A stretch of DNA of 64,000 bases from an uncultured Anaeroplasmatales bacterium (GCA_964478425.1 CAYZIB010000006.1:8133-72132), one strand, 5' to 3'; shown: positions 1 to 11,093, counted from the first letter of the stretch. The notes: generated by a model not told the origin, from the sequence alone. Translations and numbers: made by a program.

Positions 1-608
1 CTTGGCATTTTTGAAGCAGCAAGATTTAAAGCTTTTAAAATATATTCTTTATGATAACTTGGATCATCATTTAATTTTGGATTCCAAACAATTTCTTCAC
101 TAAAAATTGCTTTTCCATCAACTACAGCAGAAACTTTTAAGTCAGATCCACCAGCATCAAATCCAATTCTATATCCATCCAGATTTTTTCCAACTTGAAC
201 ACTATTTTCGTTTGCTAATGGGAATGTTTCAGCAGTACAATTAATTACTTCAAAAGTTCCTTCGTATAATTTTTCCATGAAGTGAACATCAAATTTTCTT
301 GCTCCGTCATGGCTATAAATTTCTTTTAATTCATTATAAAGATATGTTGAACCTAATAAATAAATTTTATATCCTCCAACAACCCATAATAAAGATTTAA
401 CTAATCTTTCTATATAACGTAAATTATATTCGTCATTAACTCCATCTTCAAAAATTAATGTTTCGTATTGATAAACATATTTATTATTTCTTTCTAATGC
501 GATTTTAAATGTTTTACCTTTTCCTGATGCTTTAACTTCTTCTAAAAAGTTTTTAATGTAAAGATAAGCAGGATTAAAGTTTGGATCTAATTTTAATTTG
601 TAATTCAT
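1..608 (-). CDS. Actin-fold (ASKHA/ROK-like) sugar kinase, N-terminal about 202 codons only; the gene continues beyond the left window edge
   Basis: My own minus-strand translation from ATG 608-606 gives MNYKLKLDPNFNPAYLYIKNF...GYRIGFDAGGSDLKVSAVVDGK. This contains a DxGGS phosphate-1 type motif. The start lies 3 nt after the stop of the upstream epimerase gene. Confidence 0.45.
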   Translation of the reverse strand, partial: MNYKLKLDPNFNPAYLYIKNFLEEVKASGKGKTFKIALERNNKYVYQYETLIFEDGVNDEYNLRYIERLVKSLLWVVGGYKIYLLGSTYLYNELKEIYSHDGARKFDVHFMEKLYEGTFEVINCTAETFPLANENSVQVGKNLDGYRIGFDAGGSDLKVSAVVDGKAIFSEEIVWNPKLNDDPSYHKEYILKALNLAASKMP

Positions 609-610
609 TT

Positions 611-1453
611 TTATTCCTCCATTTTTATTTCGTAATTTAATACTGTTTTTTCTTTTGGATTTATATTGATTATATCAGGTCTGTTTGAAAATACTTTATC
701 AGTATCGATATAATCCCCATGCCCAATCCAAGGCTCTAAACAAATAAAATTTGTTTTTTTAGTTTCATTTGTCCATATCGCAAAATTATTAAAACTTGGG
801 AAATGGAATTTAATATTAGGAAAATTATTTGTATTAATTAATTTAACCCATCTAGATTTTAAATTTTTTAAAATAATAGTATCAACTTTAAATAAATCAT
901 AATTTAATTTTAGATTTTTTAAATCTTTGAATTTATATGTAGGATTAGAAAAATCTAATAATCCCCCCACAATAAGTGGACTTTCAAAAGTTTCTGGTTT
1001 TTCAAATATTATTTCATAACAATCTAAATTTCTAGTTTTAAAAGCAGGATGAAGTCCAAAATTAAATGGCATTACATCATTTGATAAATTTTGTATTTCA
1101 ATTTTTGCTTTTACTTGGTCTTTATAAAGATTATACGATATTTTAAGTTGAAAATCAAATGGATAAAATTCTTTTAATTCTTTATAATCAGAACTATTTA
1201 AAATAAAAGATTTACCATCAAATTTGAAATCTAAATTTCTAATTAAACCATGCATAGGCATTTTATATATTTTATTATTAAAAATTGTTTCGTTATCTTT
1301 AGATCTTCCAACGCTAGGAAACAAATAAGGAGATGAATATTCCCATTCATTTTCGTTATCATTTAATAATTCGATATTTTTATATTTTAATGATTTAATT
1401 TCTGCGCCTTTTAAACTCACGTTTAATTCTATTGTGTCATTTGAAAAAATCAT
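611..1453 (-). CDS. Aldose 1-epimerase family protein (LacX/galactose mutarotase-like)
   Basis: The ORF track gives 611..1501. The product is mutarotase-like (FPSVGR, MPMHGLIRN, FGLHPAF, EPW). I place the start at ATG 1453 (MIFSND) because GGTGA sits 5 nt upstream. Confidence 0.7.
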   Translation of the reverse strand: MIFSNDTIELNVSLKGAEIKSLKYKNIELLNDNENEWEYSSPYLFPSVGRSKDNETIFNNKIYKMPMHGLIRNLDFKFDGKSFILNSSDYKELKEFYPFDFQLKISYNLYKDQVKAKIEIQNLSNDVMPFNFGLHPAFKTRNLDCYEIIFEKPETFESPLIVGGLLDFSNPTYKFKDLKNLKLNYDLFKVDTIILKNLKSRWVKLINTNNFPNIKFHFPSFNNFAIWTNETKKTNFICLEPWIGHGDYIDTDKVFSNRPDIININPKEKTVLNYEIKMEE

Positions 1454-1558
1454 ATTATCACCATGTATTATTATAATAAAAAATACATAAATAATAAACA
1501 TTAAATATAAAATATTAGAAATGAAAGCGTATTACAAATAAAAAAATATATAAAAAAG

Positions 1559-1586
1559 TTGACATAAATATTTTTTTCTGTATAAT
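1559..1586 (+). promoter_or_regulatory. Sigma-A type promoter of the str operon
   Basis: TTGACA at 1559-1564, a 16 nt spacer ending in TG, then TATAAT at 1581-1586. Confidence 0.7.
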
Positions 1587-1593
1587 AATAGTG

Positions 1594-1693
1594 TTGAATT
1601 ATCGAATTAAAGAAGTTTTGGCTTAATTATACCAAAACTTATATTTAAGGACGAAAATGAACCACCCGAGTGTGTGGTTAGGAAGGAGAAATT
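1594..1693 (+). promoter_or_regulatory. Structured 5' leader of rpsL (two hairpins, the second abutting the SD)
   Basis: Hairpin 1 pairs AAGTTTTGG 1613-1621 with CCAAAACTT 1632-1640. Hairpin 2 pairs AACCAC 1660-1665 with GTGGTT 1674-1679, followed directly by AGGAAGGAG. The function is unknown. Confidence 0.3.
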
Positions 1694-2110
1694 ATGCCAA
1701 CAATAAATCAATTAGTTAAAAGCGGAAGAACTGATAAGACAGTAAAATCTAAATCACCAGCTTTAGGTGTTGGATTTAACACATTAGCAAAAAAACAAAC
1801 TAGTATTAGTTCACCACAAAAGCGTGGAGTTTGTGTTCGTGTTACTACTATGACTCCTAAAAAACCGAATTCAGCTTTAAGAAAATATGCGAGAGTTCGT
1901 TTATCAAATGGTATTGAAGTTACTGCTTATATTCCTGGAGAAGGACATTCACTACAAGAACATAGCGTTGTTTTAATTCGTGGTGGACGTGTTAAAGACT
2001 TACCAGGGGTTAGATATCATATCATTCGTGGTACTATGGATACAACAGGTGTTGCAAACAGAAAACAAGCAAGATCTAAATATGGTGCTAAAAAACCAAA
2101 AAATAAATAA
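1694..2110 (+). CDS. rpsL: 30S ribosomal protein S12
   Basis: MPTINQLVK...[18 protein letters not shown] is an unmistakable S12 sequence. The SD is GGAAGGAG. Confidence 0.98.
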   Translation: MPTINQLVKSGRTDKTVKSKSPALGVGFNTLAKKQTSISSPQKRGVCVRVTTMTPKKPNSALRKYARVRLSNGIEVTAYIPGEGHSLQEHSVVLIRGGRVKDLPGVRYHIIRGTMDTTGVANRKQARSKYGAKKPKNK

Positions 2111-2142
2111 TAACTGTTTAAATTAAGGAAGGAGGAGTAATC

Positions 2143-2613
2143 GTGCCTAGAAAAGGACATATTGCTAAAAAAGACGTATTACCAGATCCAATATACCAAT
2201 CAAAAGTTGTTACTAAAGCAATAAACGCTATTATGTTGGATGGTAAAAAAGGTGTTGCTCAACAAATTTTATACGGAGCATTTAATAGAATACAAGAACT
2301 TACAGGTAAAGAACCAATGGAAGTTTTCAATCAAGCTCTTGAAAACATTACTCCATTATTAGAAGTTAGATCAAGAAGAATTGGTGGTCAAAACTATCAA
2401 GTTCCATGCGAAGTTAGACCAGAAAGAAAACAAACATTAGCTTTAAGATGGTTAATTAATTATTCTAGATTAAGACATGAAAAAACAATGGAAGAAAAAT
2501 TAGCCAAAGAAATAATCGATGCATCTAATGGAACAGGGGCATCAGTTAAAAAACGTGAAGATACTCATAGAATGGCTGAAGCAAATAAAGCTTTCGCACA
2601 TTATCGTTTTTAA
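2143..2613 (+). CDS. rpsG: 30S ribosomal protein S7 (GTG start)
   Basis: MPRKG...[11 protein letters not shown]...[14 protein letters not shown] strong SD (AAGGAAGGAGGAG) precedes GTG 2143. Confidence 0.97.
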   Translation: MPRKGHIAKKDVLPDPIYQSKVVTKAINAIMLDGKKGVAQQILYGAFNRIQELTGKEPMEVFNQALENITPLLEVRSRRIGGQNYQVPCEVRPERKQTLALRWLINYSRLRHEKTMEEKLAKEIIDASNGTGASVKKREDTHRMAEANKAFAHYRF

Positions 2614-2631
2614 TTAGTAAGGAGAAATAAT

Positions 2632-4701
2632 ATGCCAAGACTTATATCTTTAGACAAAACAAGAAATATTGGAATCATGGCTCATATCGATGCGGGAAAA
2701 ACAACAACAACTGAAAGAATTTTATATCATACAAAAAAAATTCATAAAATTGGTGAAACGCATGATGGGTCAAGCCAAATGGACTGGATGGAACAAGAAC
2801 AAGAAAGAGGAATTACAATAACTTCTGCTGCAACAACAGCTTTTTGGAAAAATCATAAAATTAATATTATCGATACTCCTGGTCACGTTGACTTTACTGT
2901 AGAAGTACAAAGATCTTTAAGAGTATTAGATGGTGCAATTACAGTATTAGATGCACAAGCAGGTGTTGAACCTCAAACAGAAACTGTTTGGAGACAAGCC
3001 ACTGAATATAAAGTTCCAAGAATAGTTTTCGTAAATAAAATGGATAAAACAGGTGCAAACTTTGAATATTCAATTGATACTATTCATAAAAGATTAGGAG
3101 CAAACGCTCATGCTATTCAATTACCTATTGGTAGTGAAGATAGTTTTAAAGGAATGGTTGACTTAGTATTAAGAAAAGCTTATGTATTTGATGGTGGATC
3201 AGATGAAAATTATGAAGAAGTTGAAATTCCAGCAAATCTCCTTGATGAAGTAGAATTAAAAAGAAATGAATTAATCGAATCATTATGTGATTTTGATGAT
3301 GAAATTGCAATGTCTTACCTTGAAGGTGAAGATGTTTCAGTTGAAAAAATTAAAGAAGTTATAAGAAAAGCAGTATTAAGTGGTGAATATTTCCCTGTAT
3401 TATGCGGAACTGCATTTAAAAATAAAGGTGTAAAATTTGTACTTGACGCTGTTTTAGATTATTTACCATCACCATTAGATGTTAGACCTACGTATGGTAC
3501 AGATGATGATAACAATCAAGTTTTAATCAAAGTTGGTGATGATGAACCATTTAGAGCATTAGCATTTAAAGTTATGACAGACCCATTTGTTGGTAAATTA
3601 ACTTTCTTTAGAGTTTATTCTGGTACATTAACTGCTGGATCATATATTAAAAACTCTACTAAAGGTAAAAAAGAAAGAGTCGGAAGATTATTACAAATGC
3701 ATGCTAACAATCGTGAAGAAATAAAAGAAGTTTATTGTGGAGATATTTGTGCAGTAGTAGGTTTTAAAGAAACAACTACTGGAGATACTATTGTTGATGA
3801 AAAAGATAATATCGTTTTAGAACAAATGCATTTCCCAGAACCAGTTATTTCTGTTGCAATTGAACCAAAAACTAAAAATGACCAAGATAAAATGGCAACA
3901 GCATTAATTAAACTTGCTGAAGAAGATCCAACATTTAAAACTTATACTGATCAAGAAACAGGACAAACTATCATAGCTGGTATGGGTGAGTTACACTTAG
4001 ATATCATTGTTGATAGATTAAAAAGAGAATTTAAAGTTGGTGCTAACATTGGTAATCCACAAGTTTCATATCGTGAAACAATTACTAAAGTTGGTGAAAC
4101 TGAAGGTAAGTTTGTAAGACAAAGTGGTGGACATGGTCAATATGGACATTGTTTAATTCGCTTTGAACCAAATACTGATAAAGGATTTGAATTTGTTGAT
4201 GCTGTAGTTGGAGGAGTTGTTCCAAAAGAATATATTCCTGCAGTTAAAAAAGGATTAGAAGAATCATTAAATAATGGTGTATTAGCAGGATATCCAATTA
4301 TTGATATTAAAGCTACATTATATGATGGATCATACCATGAAGTTGACTCATCTGAAATGGCATTTAAAGTTGCTGCATCATTAGCATTAAAACAAATTAA
4401 AGAAAAATGTTCTCCTGTTTTATTAGAACCAATAATGGAAGTTGATGTATTAGTTCCACAAGAATATGTTGGAAATATTATTGGTGACTTAGTAAGAAGA
4501 CGCGGTAAAATTGAAGGACAAGAACAAAAAGGAAATGCGATTTCAATAAGAGCTTCAGTACCACTTGCTGAAATGTTTGGATATGCAACATCACTTCGTT
4601 CTAATTCACAAGGTAGAGGAACATCTACAATGCAATTTAGTAAATATGAAGTTTGTCCAAAAACTGTTGCTGAAGAAATAATGAAATCTCGTGGAAATTA
4701 A
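2632..4701 (+). CDS. fusA: Elongation factor G
   Basis: [29 protein letters not shown] and NKMD GTPase motifs; full length at 689 aa. Confidence 0.98.
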   Translation: MPRLISLDKTRNIGIMAHIDAGKTTTTERILYHTKKIHKIGETHDGSSQMDWMEQEQERGITITSAATTAFWKNHKINIIDTPGHVDFTVEVQRSLRVLDGAITVLDAQAGVEPQTETVWRQATEYKVPRIVFVNKMDKTGANFEYSIDTIHKRLGANAHAIQLPIGSEDSFKGMVDLVLRKAYVFDGGSDENYEEVEIPANLLDEVELKRNELIESLCDFDDEIAMSYLEGEDVSVEKIKEVIRKAVLSGEYFPVLCGTAFKNKGVKFVLDAVLDYLPSPLDVRPTYGTDDDNNQVLIKVGDDEPFRALAFKVMTDPFVGKLTFFRVYSGTLTAGSYIKNSTKGKKERVGRLLQMHANNREEIKEVYCGDICAVVGFKETTTGDTIVDEKDNIVLEQMHFPEPVISVAIEPKTKNDQDKMATALIKLAEEDPTFKTYTDQETGQTIIAGMGELHLDIIVDRLKREFKVGANIGNPQVSYRETITKVGETEGKFVRQSGGHGQYGHCLIRFEPNTDKGFEFVDAVVGGVVPKEYIPAVKKGLEESLNNGVLAGYPIIDIKATLYDGSYHEVDSSEMAFKVAASLALKQIKEKCSPVLLEPIMEVDVLVPQEYVGNIIGDLVRRRGKIEGQEQKGNAISIRASVPLAEMFGYATSLRSNSQGRGTSTMQFSKYEVCPKTVAEEIMKSRGN

Positions 4702-4702
4702 A

Positions 4703-4750
4703 ATAATGCATTAATTAATACTTGCATTATTATATAAAATGAAGTAAAAT
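4703..4750 (+). promoter_or_regulatory. fusA-tuf intercistronic hairpin plus a possible secondary tuf promoter
   Basis: The hairpin pairs ATAATGCA 4703-4710 with TGCATTAT 4723-4730 and has no T-tract. TTGCAT at 4722-4727, a 17 nt spacer, then TAAAAT at 4745-4750. Confidence 0.3.
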
Positions 4751-4790
4751 AAATATAAATTAGAATTGGAAAAATATTGGAGGAAAAAAA

Positions 4791-5975
4791 ATGGCAAAAC
4801 AAAAATTTGAACGTACTAAACCACATGTTAATATTGGTACAATCGGTCACGTTGACCATGGAAAAACTACTTTAACTGCTGCTATTACTCTTCATTTATC
4901 AAAACAAGGTAAAGCACAAGCTAAAGACTATGCTTCTATTGATAGTGCACCAGAAGAAAAAGAAAGAGGAATTACTATCAATACAGCCCATGTTGAATAT
5001 GAAACAGATACTCGTCACTATGCCCATGTAGACTGCCCTGGTCATGCTGACTATGTTAAAAATATGATTACAGGTGCTGCACAAATGGATGGTGGTATCT
5101 TAGTTGTTGCTGCAACAGATGGACCAATGCCTCAAACTCGTGAACATATCTTATTATCTCAACAAGTTGGTGTTCCAAAAATTGTTGTATTCTTAAATAA
5201 ATGTGATATGGTTGACGATGATGAATTAGTTGACTTAGTAGAAATGGAAGTTAGAGAATTATTATCTGAATATGGATTCGATGGTGATAATACTCCTATT
5301 ATCCGTGGATCAGCTTTACAAGCTTTAAATGGAGATCCTAAATGGGAAGCTAAAATTGATGAATTAATGGAAGCTGTTGATACTTATATCGATACTCCAT
5401 CTAGAGATGTTGATAAACCATTCTTAATGCCTGTTGAAGATGTTTTCACAATTACAGGACGTGGAACAGTTGCTACAGGACGTGTTGAACGTGGACAATT
5501 AAGAGTTGGTGACCAAGTAGAAGTAGTTGGTATTAAAGAAACTCAATCAACTGTTGTTACAGGTGTTGAAATGTTCCGTAAATTATTAGATTATGCAGAA
5601 GCAGGAGATAATATCGGTGCATTATTAAGAGGTATTGCTAGAGAAAACATCCAAAGAGGACAAGTTTTAGCAAAACCAAAATCAATTCATCCTCATCACA
5701 AATTTACTGCACAAGTATATGTATTAAGTAAAGATGAAGGTGGACGTCATACACCATTCTTCTCAAATTATCGTCCACAATTCTATTTCAGAACTACTGA
5801 CGTTACAGGTATTATTACATTACCTGAAGGTACTGAAATGGTTATGCCTGGTGATAATACAGAAATGACTGTTGAATTAATTCACCCAATTGCTGTTGAC
5901 CAAGGAACTAAATTCTCTATCCGTGAAGGTGGAAGAACAGTTGGTGCTGGTTCAGTAGTTACAATTATTGAATAA
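4791..5975 (+). CDS. tuf: Elongation factor Tu
   Basis: [40 protein letters not shown]; 394 aa. Confidence 0.99.
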   Translation: MAKQKFERTKPHVNIGTIGHVDHGKTTLTAAITLHLSKQGKAQAKDYASIDSAPEEKERGITINTAHVEYETDTRHYAHVDCPGHADYVKNMITGAAQMDGGILVVAATDGPMPQTREHILLSQQVGVPKIVVFLNKCDMVDDDELVDLVEMEVRELLSEYGFDGDNTPIIRGSALQALNGDPKWEAKIDELMEAVDTYIDTPSRDVDKPFLMPVEDVFTITGRGTVATGRVERGQLRVGDQVEVVGIKETQSTVVTGVEMFRKLLDYAEAGDNIGALLRGIARENIQRGQVLAKPKSIHPHHKFTAQVYVLSKDEGGRHTPFFSNYRPQFYFRTTDVTGIITLPEGTEMVMPGDNTEMTVELIHPIAVDQGTKFSIREGGRTVGAGSVVTIIE

Positions 5976-5996
5976 TTTAATAAATTGTAAGATAAA

Positions 5997-6027
5997 TGTA
6001 GACATAAAAAAGTGTCTACATTTTTTT
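5997..6027 (+). terminator. Rho-independent terminator of the str operon
   Basis: TGTAGACA 5997-6004 pairs with TGTCTACA 6013-6020, followed by a run of 7 T. Confidence 0.85.
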
Positions 6028-6074
6028 ATAATAATATAATGTAGCTGATTATAGAAAAGTTTGATAAAAATTTA

Positions 6075-6109
6075 AAACCCCAATTGAGTATAGAACTTAA
6101 CTGGGGTTT
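6075..6109 (-). terminator. Hairpin terminator for the minus-strand gene 6180..6938
   Basis: AAACCCCA 6075-6082 pairs with TGGGGTTT 6102-6109. Read on the minus strand, it is followed by TTTTAAATTTTT. Confidence 0.55.
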
Positions 6110-6179
6110 AATTAATTTTTTAGTGTCTGCTTTTTATTGATAATTTTATTTTATAATTTACTTTTTTTTATATAATTGT

Positions 6180-6938
6180 TTACTCATTCATATCTAAATG
6201 AATAATAGTTTCATAATCTAATTTTTTTAAATCAATTTTAACAGTTTCATAATTAATATTTTTTATTTCCATATCAGGCCATATAGAACGATTACATGTT
6301 TTATTTTCATCCCATATTTCATTGTTTAATTTAGCATTTTTAATTTTTAAATTTCTCATATATAAATTATGATTTGTGTTTTTTAAAACAATTAATGTCC
6401 AATCTTCTAAACCAAACTTAATATCTTCTGGAAAATCTAATGCATAATTTTGTAAATATGAAGTATTTATTCCTGATTTTTTTGATCCTTTTGTTTTGAA
6501 TGTTTTATGATCTAACAATTTTAACGTGTTTAAATCAAATACACTAATAGTAGCTTCATCATCATTATTAGAAGAATCTAAAACTAAGCGATAGTTGCCA
6601 TTTCCTTTTAAATTTATATTTGATTCATACCAAAAATCTTGTCCTACAAATGTATCAAAAACATTATAAAAAATATGCCATGTTCCATCTTGTCCGCAAA
6701 CAAGACCTGCATCACAACAATTTATCCATTCGTTATTTTCGTTATGAATATCAATCCCTAAAAATGCGTATGCATTAATATGCATATTATTATCTTTTCT
6801 TTTAGTACTTAATTTTACTTCATCGAAATATACATCATATTGAGCCTTATTATAACCTATTTTAGAATATACAACATATGCTGGTCCATCACAATCACTC
6901 ATTTTACCATAATTTTTAAAATTTATATTTGTTATCAT
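6180..6938 (-). CDS. Hypothetical protein, 252 aa, with no recognisable motif, signal peptide or TM segment
   Basis: A long clean ORF with the SD AAGGAGAA upstream of ATG 6938 and its own terminator. It sits on the opposite strand between tuf and csp. Confidence 0.6.
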   Translation of the reverse strand: MITNINFKNYGKMSDCDGPAYVVYSKIGYNKAQYDVYFDEVKLSTKRKDNNMHINAYAFLGIDIHNENNEWINCCDAGLVCGQDGTWHIFYNVFDTFVGQDFWYESNINLKGNGNYRLVLDSSNNDDEATISVFDLNTLKLLDHKTFKTKGSKKSGINTSYLQNYALDFPEDIKFGLEDWTLIVLKNTNHNLYMRNLKIKNAKLNNEIWDENKTCNRSIWPDMEIKNINYETVKIDLKKLDYETIIHLDMNE

Positions 6939-6996
6939 AAAATTCTCCTTTTTTTAATTTTATTATATCATACAAATTAATAATTTGAATATATTA

Positions 6997-7025
6997 TTGA
7001 CTATTTTTTTTTATTATGCTATACT
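6997..7025 (+). promoter_or_regulatory. Promoter of the cold-shock gene
   Basis: TTGACT at 6997-7002, a 17 nt spacer, then the extended -10 TGcTATACT at 7017-7025. This leaves a 5' UTR of about 65 nt. Confidence 0.65.
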
Positions 7026-7094
7026 AATAAGGTAAAAATTTATATTTCTATAATTTTTATTTGTGTTTTTTGTTGTATTATAAGGAGGGAAATT

Positions 7095-7301
7095 ATGACA
7101 GGAACAGTTAAATGGTTTAACGCTGAAAAAGGATTTGGTTTTATCGTTAGTGATAATGGTGGAGCAGATATTTTTGTTCATTTCTCAGCTATAAAAGTTG
7201 ATGGATATAAAACTTTAACAGAAGGACAAAAAGTTGAATTCGAATTAATAACTGATGAAAAAAGTGGTAAGGTAAGAGCAGGAGAAGTTCACATCTTATA
7301 A
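7095..7301 (+). CDS. cspA: Cold-shock protein (CSD, CspA family)
   Basis: [17 protein letters not shown]...DIFVHFSAI carries the RNP1 and RNP2 motifs. Confidence 0.95.
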   Translation: MTGTVKWFNAEKGFGFIVSDNGGADIFVHFSAIKVDGYKTLTEGQKVEFELITDEKSGKVRAGEVHIL

Positions 7302-7315
7302 GAAAATTAAAAATG

Positions 7316-7342
7316 AAAATCTGTTTAATTACAGATTTTTTT
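7316..7342 (+). terminator. Rho-independent terminator after csp
   Basis: AAAATCTGT 7316-7324 pairs with ACAGATTTT 7331-7339, and the T-tract continues. Confidence 0.75.
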
Positions 7343-7413
7343 ATTAAATTTACATATTATATTCATTTTATTATTAAATTATTATGATATAATATTTTAA
7401 AGGAGTAATATAT

Positions 7414-8175
7414 ATGATTATTGATACACATTGTCATTTAAATGATGAAATATTTAATTCTGATTTAAATGAATGTATAAATAGAGCTAAGGAAAATGGC
7501 ATAGATAAAATGATTCTAGTTGGTTTTGATTATAAAACTAATTTAGAAGCTTTAAACTTATCTAGTAAATATAATTGTTTTTATCCTGCAATTGGTATTC
7601 ATCCTTCGTGTGTTTTAGAAAATGATTTAAGTTATTTAAATTTTATTATTGAAAATAAAGATAAAATATATGCAGTTGGTGAAATTGGTCTTGATTTTCA
7701 TTACGGAAAAGAAAATATGGAAGAACAAATTTTATTTTTTAAAAAACAATTAGATATTGCGTGTTTTTTAAATAAACCTGTAATAATTCATTGTAGAGAT
7801 GCATATCAAATGACATATGATATTTTAAAAGAATATCAAGGAAAACTTAAAGGTGTAATGCACTGTTATAGTGGATCATATGAAATGATGAAAGAATTTA
7901 TTAAACTTGGATTTTTAATTGGTATTGGTGGAGTAGTTACATTTAAAAATGCATTGGAAATTAAAAAATGTGTTTTAAATATTCCTCTTAGATATTTGGT
8001 TTTAGAAACTGATTGTCCCTATTTAGCACCTGTACCTTTTAGAGGAAAAAGGAATGAACCTGCATATTTAAAATATATTATTGATGAAATTGCAAGTATT
8101 AAAAATATTTTGGCTTCCGATATAATTGATATTACCACAAAAAATGCGTTAAAGTTATTTAATATTATAGATTGA
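7414..8175 (+). CDS. tatD: TatD family metal-dependent DNase/hydrolase (YabD-like)
   Basis: IDTHCHLND, GEIGLDFHY, IIHCRDA, LETDCPYLAPVPFRGKRNEP. Confidence 0.9.
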   Translation: MIIDTHCHLNDEIFNSDLNECINRAKENGIDKMILVGFDYKTNLEALNLSSKYNCFYPAIGIHPSCVLENDLSYLNFIIENKDKIYAVGEIGLDFHYGKENMEEQILFFKKQLDIACFLNKPVIIHCRDAYQMTYDILKEYQGKLKGVMHCYSGSYEMMKEFIKLGFLIGIGGVVTFKNALEIKKCVLNIPLRYLVLETDCPYLAPVPFRGKRNEPAYLKYIIDEIASIKNILASDIIDITTKNALKLFNIID

Positions 8176-8188
8176 AAGGATGTTTTAT

Positions 8189-9229
8189 ATGAAAAAGAAA
8201 ATTTGTTTTATAGTATTTTTATTTTGTTTGTTTTTTTTAGTATCGTGTATGCAACCAACAGATACTGTAATAACTAATATATATGATTTAGAATCAAGTA
8301 TAACAGAAACAATTGAAAAAGTTTCTGAAAGTTGCATTGCTGTAATAAGTAAAGATCCATCTGGGGAAACTTTAGGTACAGGTTCTGGTGTAATTTATAA
8401 AAAAGAAGATAATCTATATTATGTGGTAACAAATAATCATGTTGTATCTAGTGGTGTTTCATTTAGTGTTTATGTTGAACAATTAATATTTAAAACAGAA
8501 TATGACGCAACATTAATTGGAACAGATGAAGATAATGATTTAGCTATTTTGACATTTACATCATCAACTGAATTTAGTGTTTCAGAGTTATCTAATGTTG
8601 ATGTGTTAAAAAAAGGACAATTTGTAATTGCTATAGGTACGCCTTTAGACTTAGCATTTTATAATACTGCAACATTTGGAATTATTTCTAATTTTAGTTT
8701 ACAATATATCCAACATGATGCAGCAATTAATCCTGGAAATAGTGGAGGAGCATTATTTAATCAACAAGGTAGACTTATTGGAATTAATGTTGCTAAAAGA
8801 GCAACTGTTACAACTTCAACCGGAGAAATTGCAGTTGAAGGAATTGGATTTGCGATTCCAATTTCAACAGTAATTTCATCAGTTAGTAAAATGGAAGAAA
8901 ATAAAACAGTTATTAAAAGACCTGTTTTAGGAGTTACTGTTACATCTTTTGGTGGTTATAGATTAAATTATGGTAGTTTAGATGATTTTGATGATTCTTT
9001 TATACCTGATGATTTAGAAGAAGGAATAATAGTAGTTAGCGTTACAAAAGATTCTGTTTTAGATAAAGCAGGTGTTATTGAAAAAGATATTATATTAAAA
9101 TTAAATGGTGTTTATGTAAGTACTAGCGATTTAATGAAAGAAGAACTATGGAAATATAATATTGGTGATGAAATAACGATAACTATTTTGAGAAATAAAA
9201 TTGAATATACATTGAATGTAACATTATAA
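8189..9229 (+). CDS. htrA: HtrA/DegP-type serine protease lipoprotein with a C-terminal PDZ domain
   Basis: Catalytic triad context TNNHVV, DLAIL, GNSGGALFN. The lipobox is FLVSC. The ORF track starts at 8180; I prefer ATG 8189 because of its spacing from AAAGGA. Confidence 0.85.
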   Translation: MKKKICFIVFLFCLFFLVSCMQPTDTVITNIYDLESSITETIEKVSESCIAVISKDPSGETLGTGSGVIYKKEDNLYYVVTNNHVVSSGVSFSVYVEQLIFKTEYDATLIGTDEDNDLAILTFTSSTEFSVSELSNVDVLKKGQFVIAIGTPLDLAFYNTATFGIISNFSLQYIQHDAAINPGNSGGALFNQQGRLIGINVAKRATVTTSTGEIAVEGIGFAIPISTVISSVSKMEENKTVIKRPVLGVTVTSFGGYRLNYGSLDDFDDSFIPDDLEEGIIVVSVTKDSVLDKAGVIEKDIILKLNGVYVSTSDLMKEELWKYNIGDEITITILRNKIEYTLNVTL

Positions 9230-9253
9230 AAGCTCAATATTTGAGCTTTTTTT
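9228..9253. terminator. Bidirectional hairpin between the convergent htrA and PBP genes
   Basis: AAAGCTCAA pairs with TTGAGCTTT around a 3 nt loop. An A-run precedes it and a T-run follows it. Confidence 0.65.
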
Positions 9254-9254
9254 A

Positions 9255-11093
9255 TTAGTAATAAAGTAAATTATCAGATATATAAATATCTTTATAGTAA
9301 TTATCATATATTAATATTTTTTCTTTAATTAATCCTTTTGGAGTATCATATTTTATATCAGATAAGTTTTTTTGATAATAATTCATAAGCCTTGCCCAGA
9401 TAGATTTTGAATTAAATAGATCTTCGTTAGTTTTTAAAGGTTTGTTATCATCATAACCTGTCCATACTCCAATTGTTAAATTTTTATTGTATCCAATAAA
9501 ATATGAGTCAAAATCAGTTAATCCACTTTTCCCATAATATGTTTTATTATCAAGTAAATTATTAATATTAGATGCAGTACTATATTTTATATTTTCATCA
9601 AAAGTATTTTTTAATAAATCTGTTATAATAAAACTTGTTTTTTTGGAAAAAAATTGGTGTTCTGATTTTTTTTCTTTGTAAATTTGTTCATTATTTAAGT
9701 ATATTTTATTAATAAAACTAATATTGTTAATTAATCCTTCGCTAGCAAATATATTATAACTTTTTACTAAGTTCAATAATGTGGTTTCAGAAATTCCTAA
9801 TGCAAGTAAGGGAGTTTTATTTTGATTACTTGAAAAATTTAAATTTGTAAGCAAGTTATAAAAATTATTTATTCCTAAATATAAAAGCATTTTAACAGCA
9901 TAGATATTATCACTTACAGATAATGCATATGCCATATTTATTTTATCGTGATAAATATTATTAAAATTATGTATTTCATATTCTTTATTTTGATATGTAA
10001 AATTAAGTAATTTTGATGTGAAGGTATTTTTGATAGTTATGTTGTTTTCTAATGCTAAATAATATAAAAAAGGTTTTACTGTTGATCCTATTTGTCTTTT
10101 GCTTTTTATACTTCTATTTAAATAATCTTCGCCACCTTGCATTGCAATTACTTTATATGTATAAGGCATAATACAGATTATAGAAGTATTAGCCGATGTA
10201 TTTTTGATTTTAATTTCGTTTAATAATTGGTTTTGAAGTAATGTATCAACATTAGTAAAAACATCAAAATTATAGTTGATTAATTTTTTTTCTTTAATAA
10301 TATTTTTTATTTTGTCAACAACATAATTATTATAATGATTTATTGTTTTTTTGTTATTGTTTATTTTTAATTTGTTTTTTATATCTGTCTTTTCTATTTT
10401 ATTTAAAACATTAAGATCAATTAATTTATTTTTATATAAATAATTTGCAGTTGTATTTTTTTTGATATTTGAATTTTCGATATTTTTGATTGGATCATAT
10501 TTTGAGGGATTATTAATTAAATTAATTAAAATTATTGATTCTGTTTCATCTAAGTATATTGGGTCTTTAGAAAAATAAAAATTAGCAGCATTTTTTATTC
10601 CGTATTGTCCATTTCCAAAATATATGATATTTAAATAACTTTCTAAAATTTCTTGTTTGCTGTATTTTTTTTCAAATTTAATACTTATTAATAATTCTTT
10701 TATTTTTCTTATTAAAGTTTTTTTATTTTGGAAAAAAAGATTTTTTACCAATTGTTGAGTAATCGTAGATGCTCCTTCTATAATTTTTTTATGTGAAATA
10801 TTATTAAAAATAGCTTTAAATATTCTTAATGTTTCAAAACCATTATGATTATAAAAATCATTATCTTCAATTTTTAATAAGGATGATAAAAAAATATTAG
10901 AAATATTATCTAAATTAATCCAATCAATATTTGAATTATTATAATAAGTTTCAATTAAATTATCATTAATATCGTATAAATAAATTTTTTTTATATCTTT
11001 TAAATTTTTTGGATAATCAATTGGAGTATAAAATAAGCTTACAAATAAAAAGATATTTAGGACAACAAGTATTTTAATAATTTTCTTTTTCAT
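9255..11093 (-). CDS. Class A penicillin-binding protein (GT51 transglycosylase plus transpeptidase)
   Basis: GT51 motifs EDNDFYNHNG and GASTITQQLVKN. Transpeptidase motifs STVK, SVSDN and KSG. An N-terminal TM anchor is present. I place the start at ATG 11093 because the track's GTG at 11105 lies inside the GGTGA SD. Confidence 0.85.
   Translation of the reverse strand: MKKKIIKILVVLNIFLFVSLFYTPIDYPKNLKDIKKIYLYDINDNLIETYYNNSNIDWINLDNISNIFLSSLLKIEDNDFYNHNGFETLRIFKAIFNNISHKKIIEGASTITQQLVKNLFFQNKKTLIRKIKELLISIKFEKKYSKQEILESYLNIIYFGNGQYGIKNAANFYFSKDPIYLDETESIILINLINNPSKYDPIKNIENSNIKKNTTANYLYKNKLIDLNVLNKIEKTDIKNKLKINNNKKTINHYNNYVVDKIKNIIKEKKLINYNFDVFTNVDTLLQNQLLNEIKIKNTSANTSIICIMPYTYKVIAMQGGEDYLNRSIKSKRQIGSTVKPFLYYLALENNITIKNTFTSKLLNFTYQNKEYEIHNFNNIYHDKINMAYALSVSDNIYAVKMLLYLGINNFYNLLTNLNFSSNQNKTPLLALGISETTLLNLVKSYNIFASEGLINNISFINKIYLNNEQIYKEKKSEHQFFSKKTSFIITDLLKNTFDENIKYSTASNINNLLDNKTYYGKSGLTDFDSYFIGYNKNLTIGVWTGYDDNKPLKTNEDLFNSKSIWARLMNYYQKNLSDIKYDTPKGLIKEKILIYDNYYKDIYISDNLLYY

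Noticed and set aside
4899-5084. Antisense or alternate-frame ORFs listed in the track inside known genes. These are 4899-5084 (tuf), 8676-8873 (htrA), 12181-12375 (ssb/rpsR), 19033-19335 (spoIIR), 20267-20497 and 20535-20783 (rpiB/upp), and 20994-21194 (upp). Also 23923-24210 (atpA), 27181-27435 (atpD), 43493-43711 (ABC), 48224-48430 (GPH), and 49427-49651 (lipoprotein). Also 52273-52473 (M28), 57599-57799 (asd) and 60107-60379 (ATPase).
   Set aside because: All lie fully within, or opposite to, strongly supported conserved genes. They have low-complexity, Ile/Phe/Ser/Lys-rich translations typical of shadow frames in AT-rich DNA, and they lack an SD.
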